Source: an uncultured Holophagales bacterium
GTDB taxonomy: Bacteria > Acidobacteriota > Thermoanaerobaculia > Multivoradales > UBA5704
NCBI GenBank assembly: GCA_963842525.1
Contig: CAWJGT010000019.1
Span: 96,001-160,000 of the forward strand
Reading direction: 5' to 3'
Length of the DNA: 64,000 bases
Shown: positions 61,110-64,000 of the stretch, piece after piece
Layout: each line of letters starts with the position of its first letter
Numbering within the stretch: the first letter of the stretch is position 1
Notes under the pieces: model-generated
Told to the model about the DNA's origin: nothing
Database searches by the model: none
What the model saw: only the letters and a program-made list of their open reading frames with translations
Translations under genes and position numbers: made by a program

Positions 61110-62858
61110 CTATGCCTGGAGTACGGCGGAGAGAGGAGGTCCGGATGAATCGTCGTCGAGCACCTTGAGGAAAACCGCCTTGCCGTCGCCGGGGGCGTAG
61201 AAGTCGGGGAGCTCGGCGGCGAGCCGGTAGCCGCAGGAGAGATAGAAGCCGCGCGTCCCCGCGTACTGGGGACGGGTCGCGGTCTCGACATAGACCCGGG
61301 GACGGCCCGCCTCCGCCATCTGTTCCTCGGCGGCGCGGAGCAGGGCCGCGCCGACCCCTCGCCCCTGCTCCCGCGGGTGCACCACGATCCAGTAGAGGTC
61401 GGCCGACTCCAGGGTCCCGGGGATCGGGCCCCAGCAGGCATAGCCCGCCACCCGGCCGTCCACTTCGCCGACCAGGAACCGGTAATGGCTCGCCGCGCCG
61501 TGCGCGAGGCGGTCGTCCACCAGCTCCATCGCCACGTCGACCTCCTCGGCGTTGAAGAAGCCGGTCCGGCGGACCAGCTCCTCGATCGGCTCGCGGTCTC
61601 CAAGCTCCAGACCACGGAAGAGGGTCTCTCCTCTTCTCCCCTCTCCCGGGGGAAGGGGGGGCGATGGGAGAGGGGCCGGGGGTGAGGGGTCCGGGGGCGC
61701 CGCCCGGCATTCCCGTCGCCGATCACCGCGCAGCGCCGCCGCCAGGATCCTGCCGACGACCTGGCCCGGCGAGAGCCCGGCCCGGCCTGCGGCGGCCATG
61801 AATCCGGCGCCGGCCGCGAGACACGGGTTGGTGTTCACTTCCAGGATGCGCGGCTCTCCCGCGGCGTCCAGCCGGAGGTCGACCCGGGCATAGCCGGAGA
61901 CGCCGCAGATCTCCCAGGCGGCCCGTGCGAGCCCGCGGACCCGCTCGAGGAGCGGCGCATCGTTCGGGTCGCCGGGAAAGCAGCGCACCGTGTGCGTGTC
62001 GGCGAACGAGCCCTCCAGCCACTTGGCCTCATACCCCACTACGCGGGACATCCCGGCGGGGAAGTCGACGAACCGGATCTCGGCCACCGGCAGCACCTCG
62101 ACGCCACCATCGCCGTCGGCCAGCAGCGAGACGTTGAGCTCCCGGCCGGGGAGGAACTGCTCGGCGAGGATCGGCTGGCCGGGGAAGCGCTCGGCGAGAC
62201 GGGCGGCGCGGTCGAGGGCGGAGGCGCGGTCGTGGCACACCGGATCGCCTTCCAGGCCCACGGACGCGTCCTCCCAGGCGGGCTTGAGGATCCAGGGGGG
62301 CGGCACCCGGTCCAGCACCTCGGGCCGGGCCGGATCGAGCCGCCCGCCCGCGGCCACCGGCAGCCCCTCGGCGGCGAGCAGCGCCCGGGTGGCCAGCTTG
62401 TCCGTCGAGACCCAGAGCGGGCCGGCGGCCGTGCCCGTGAACGGGACGCCCGCAAGCTCCAGCGCCGCCGTGTGCGCCGCATGGAGCTGCGGGGCGCCCG
62501 GCGGCGCCTCGATCAGATGAAAGACGACCATGCCGGGCTCAGGGCGGATTCTCTCGAGGACCGCCGGACCGGCGACCGCGATGCGGACCGACGGCAGGCC
62601 GAGCTCCGCGAGCCCCGTCTCCACCAGCTCGACCTGGGCCAGGACGTCGGCCGTCGAGGGATCGTCGTCTTCGGTGACCGGGTTGTGAGCGATCAGGACC
62701 CGGACCCCCTCCCCTGACCCCTCCCCCGCGCGGCCACCGGCCCCCACCCCGAGCGGGAGAGGGGCACCGCCGCCCCCGTTCTCGTCCCCCCCTCTCCCGT
62801 TCGGGGTGGGGGCTGGCGGCCGCACGGGAGAGGGGGGCCAGGGGGGAGAGGGCTTCAC
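61110..62858 (-). CDS. D-Ala-D-Ala ligase-like ATP-grasp protein fused to a GNAT acetyltransferase
   Basis: ILKPAWEDASVG, EQFLPGRELNV, YARVDLR and LEVNTNP; then LYWIVVH..QGRGVG and FYAPGDGK; GTG start overlaps the upstream stop. Confidence 0.85.
   Translation of the reverse strand: MKPSPPWPPSPVRPPAPTPNGRGGDENGGGGAPLPLGVGAGGRAGEGSGEGVRVLIAHNPVTEDDDPSTADVLAQVELVETGLAELGLPSVRIAVAGPAVLERIRPEPGMVVFHLIEAPPGAPQLHAAHTAALELAGVPFTGTAAGPLWVSTDKLATRALLAAEGLPVAAGGRLDPARPEVLDRVPPPWILKPAWEDASVGLEGDPVCHDRASALDRAARLAERFPGQPILAEQFLPGRELNVSLLADGDGGVEVLPVAEIRFVDFPAGMSRVVGYEAKWLEGSFADTHTVRCFPGDPNDAPLLERVRGLARAAWEICGVSGYARVDLRLDAAGEPRILEVNTNPCLAAGAGFMAAAGRAGLSPGQVVGRILAAALRGDRRRECRAAPPDPSPPAPLPSPPLPPGEGRRGETLFRGLELGDREPIEELVRRTGFFNAEEVDVAMELVDDRLAHGAASHYRFLVGEVDGRVAGYACWGPIPGTLESADLYWIVVHPREQGRGVGAALLRAAEEQMAEAGRPRVYVETATRPQYAGTRGFYLSCGYRLAAELPDFYAPGDGKAVFLKVLDDDSSGPPLSAVLQA
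61637..61689. repeat. REP-like element in the ATP-grasp/GNAT linker
   Basis: CCCCTCTCCC..GGGAGAGGGGCCGGGGGTGAGGGG, read in frame. Confidence 0.75.
62705..62853. repeat. REP-like doublet in frame at the N-terminus of the ATP-grasp gene
   Basis: Inverted arms of the same family as 12646-12827. Confidence 0.8.
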
Positions 62859-63850
62859 AACCCCCACCGCTGCGCGGCGGCCTCCACGATCCGGCCGAGC
62901 AGCTCGGAGTAGGAGATCCCTGCCAGGCGGGACATGATCGGCAGGTCCGACGTGACCGGATGGAGGCCCGGCAGCGGGTTGACCTCCAGGAAGCACGGCT
63001 CGCCCGCCGTGTCGCAGCGCAGGTCCACCCGGGCCGCGTCGCGGCAGGAGAGAGCCTTGTAGACGCCGAGCGCCACCTGGCGCACCCGCACGGCCAGCGG
63101 CTCGCCGTCGAGAAGCTGGTAGTTGACCCGGGTCTGGAACTCCGCCTTGTTGAGGGCCGTGTAGTCGCCGTCCATACCGTCCTGAAAGACGACCTCCATG
63201 ACGCCGACCACCCTCGCATTCTCGCCGTTGCCGACGATCCCCACGGTCAGCTCGCGCCCCGGCAGATAGCTCTCGACCAGCACCGGCTGGCCGAAGGTCC
63301 GCAGCAGCTCGGTGCAGGCCTCATGCAGCTCGTCGCGGCTTGCCACGCGCGAGCGCGCCGAGATCCCTTTCGAGCTTCCTTCGGCCGCCGGCTTGACGAA
63401 GAGCGGCGGTGCAAGCTCCACCCGTGGCGCGTCCTCCGGCCGCTCCACCACAGAAAATGGCGCCGTGGGCAGGCCGTGGTCACGCACCACCCGTTTGGCC
63501 AGCGGCTTGTCGAGCGTCATCGCGCAGGTCAGCGGGTCTGAAAAGGTATAGGGCTGGTCGAACATCTCGCAGAGAGCGGGGACCTGGGCCTCCCGCGAGC
63601 GGCCGAGGATTCCTTCCGCGATGTTGAACACCAGGTCCCAGCGTTCTCCGGCGGTCAGGCGCCGCGCGAGCTCGGTCCCTCGCCCCACCCGCTCCACCCG
63701 ATGGCCGTTCTCGCGCAGCGCCTCCTCGATCCCGTCGATCGTGTCCTCCTCGTCGAGCTCCATCACCTGCTCGGCGGTATAGCCCGCCGCGCGGTAGTCC
63801 GACTTGAGGTCGTACGTCAGCGCAATCTGCAGTGGACGCAACGGGCGCAT
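62855..63850 (-). CDS. D-Ala-D-Ala ligase-like ATP-grasp protein
   Basis: VFNIAEG, REAQVPA, FVKPAAEGSSKGI, ARVDLR and EVNPLPGL motifs. Confidence 0.88.
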   Translation of the reverse strand: MRPLRPLQIALTYDLKSDYRAAGYTAEQVMELDEEDTIDGIEEALRENGHRVERVGRGTELARRLTAGERWDLVFNIAEGILGRSREAQVPALCEMFDQPYTFSDPLTCAMTLDKPLAKRVVRDHGLPTAPFSVVERPEDAPRVELAPPLFVKPAAEGSSKGISARSRVASRDELHEACTELLRTFGQPVLVESYLPGRELTVGIVGNGENARVVGVMEVVFQDGMDGDYTALNKAEFQTRVNYQLLDGEPLAVRVRQVALGVYKALSCRDAARVDLRCDTAGEPCFLEVNPLPGLHPVTSDLPIMSRLAGISYSELLGRIVEAAAQRWGL

Positions 63851-64000
63851 CAGCCGTGCTCGACCGGATCGATATATTGATAGGTCTCGCCGGCCCAGTT
63901 GCGCAGCTCCCAGGCACCGTCCTCGTGCCCGAGGATCGTTTCGGGTTGGACCGGGATCTTGCCGCCGCCGCCGGGCGCGTCGATGACATAGGTGGGGACC
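63850..64000 (-). CDS. C-terminal end of a KamA-family radical SAM aminomutase (partial, runs off window)
   Basis: VPTYVIDAPGGGGKIPV..LRNWAGETYQY is the lysine 2,3-aminomutase PLP-lysine motif. Confidence 0.85.
   Translation of the reverse strand, partial: VPTYVIDAPGGGGKIPVQPETILGHEDGAWELRNWAGETYQYIDPVEHG

Noticed and set aside
62855-63850. Housekeeping ddl or vancomycin-resistance ligase
   Set aside because: It lacks the typical GGxSxE N-terminus, and its context is KamA/GNAT rather than mur or van genes.

Overview
GC-rich (roughly 70% by eye) bacterial chromosome segment. Gene content and repeat families suggest an Acidobacteriota (Thermoanaerobaculia-like) organism; this is inference, not a database result. 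The housekeeping backbone includes an MgtE-like cytosolic protein plus a Nramp-type transporter, mpl, ftcD, waaA-lpxK-lpxL, an ECF sigma/anti-sigma pair leading a type II secretion/type IV pilus-like operon, dut, and several secreted hydrolases. The accessory content is more interesting. (1) A divergent four-gene SMC/Wadjet (MksBEFG/JetABCD-like) locus sits at 31.2-37.7 kb and is followed by a 21-bp-period palindrome array. (2) A complete IS110-family element is inserted in a REP arm, and its right end contains a readable bridge/seek-RNA-like structure with target and donor guides. (3) A secreted peptide with repeated GPGFDPNG motifs lies beside an all-helical TPR-like protein and an XRE-like HTH gene, a candidate peptide-signalling module. 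(4) A phosphoesterase-NB-ARC-TPR (NLR-like) gene. (5) A KamA plus two ATP-grasp plus GNAT cluster with in-frame REP insertions. (6) A 1.4-kb islet flanked by an 84-bp direct repeat. Many single-base frameshifts, including one in lpxK, are most likely sequencing or assembly indels. No rRNA, tRNA or CRISPR array was recognised.
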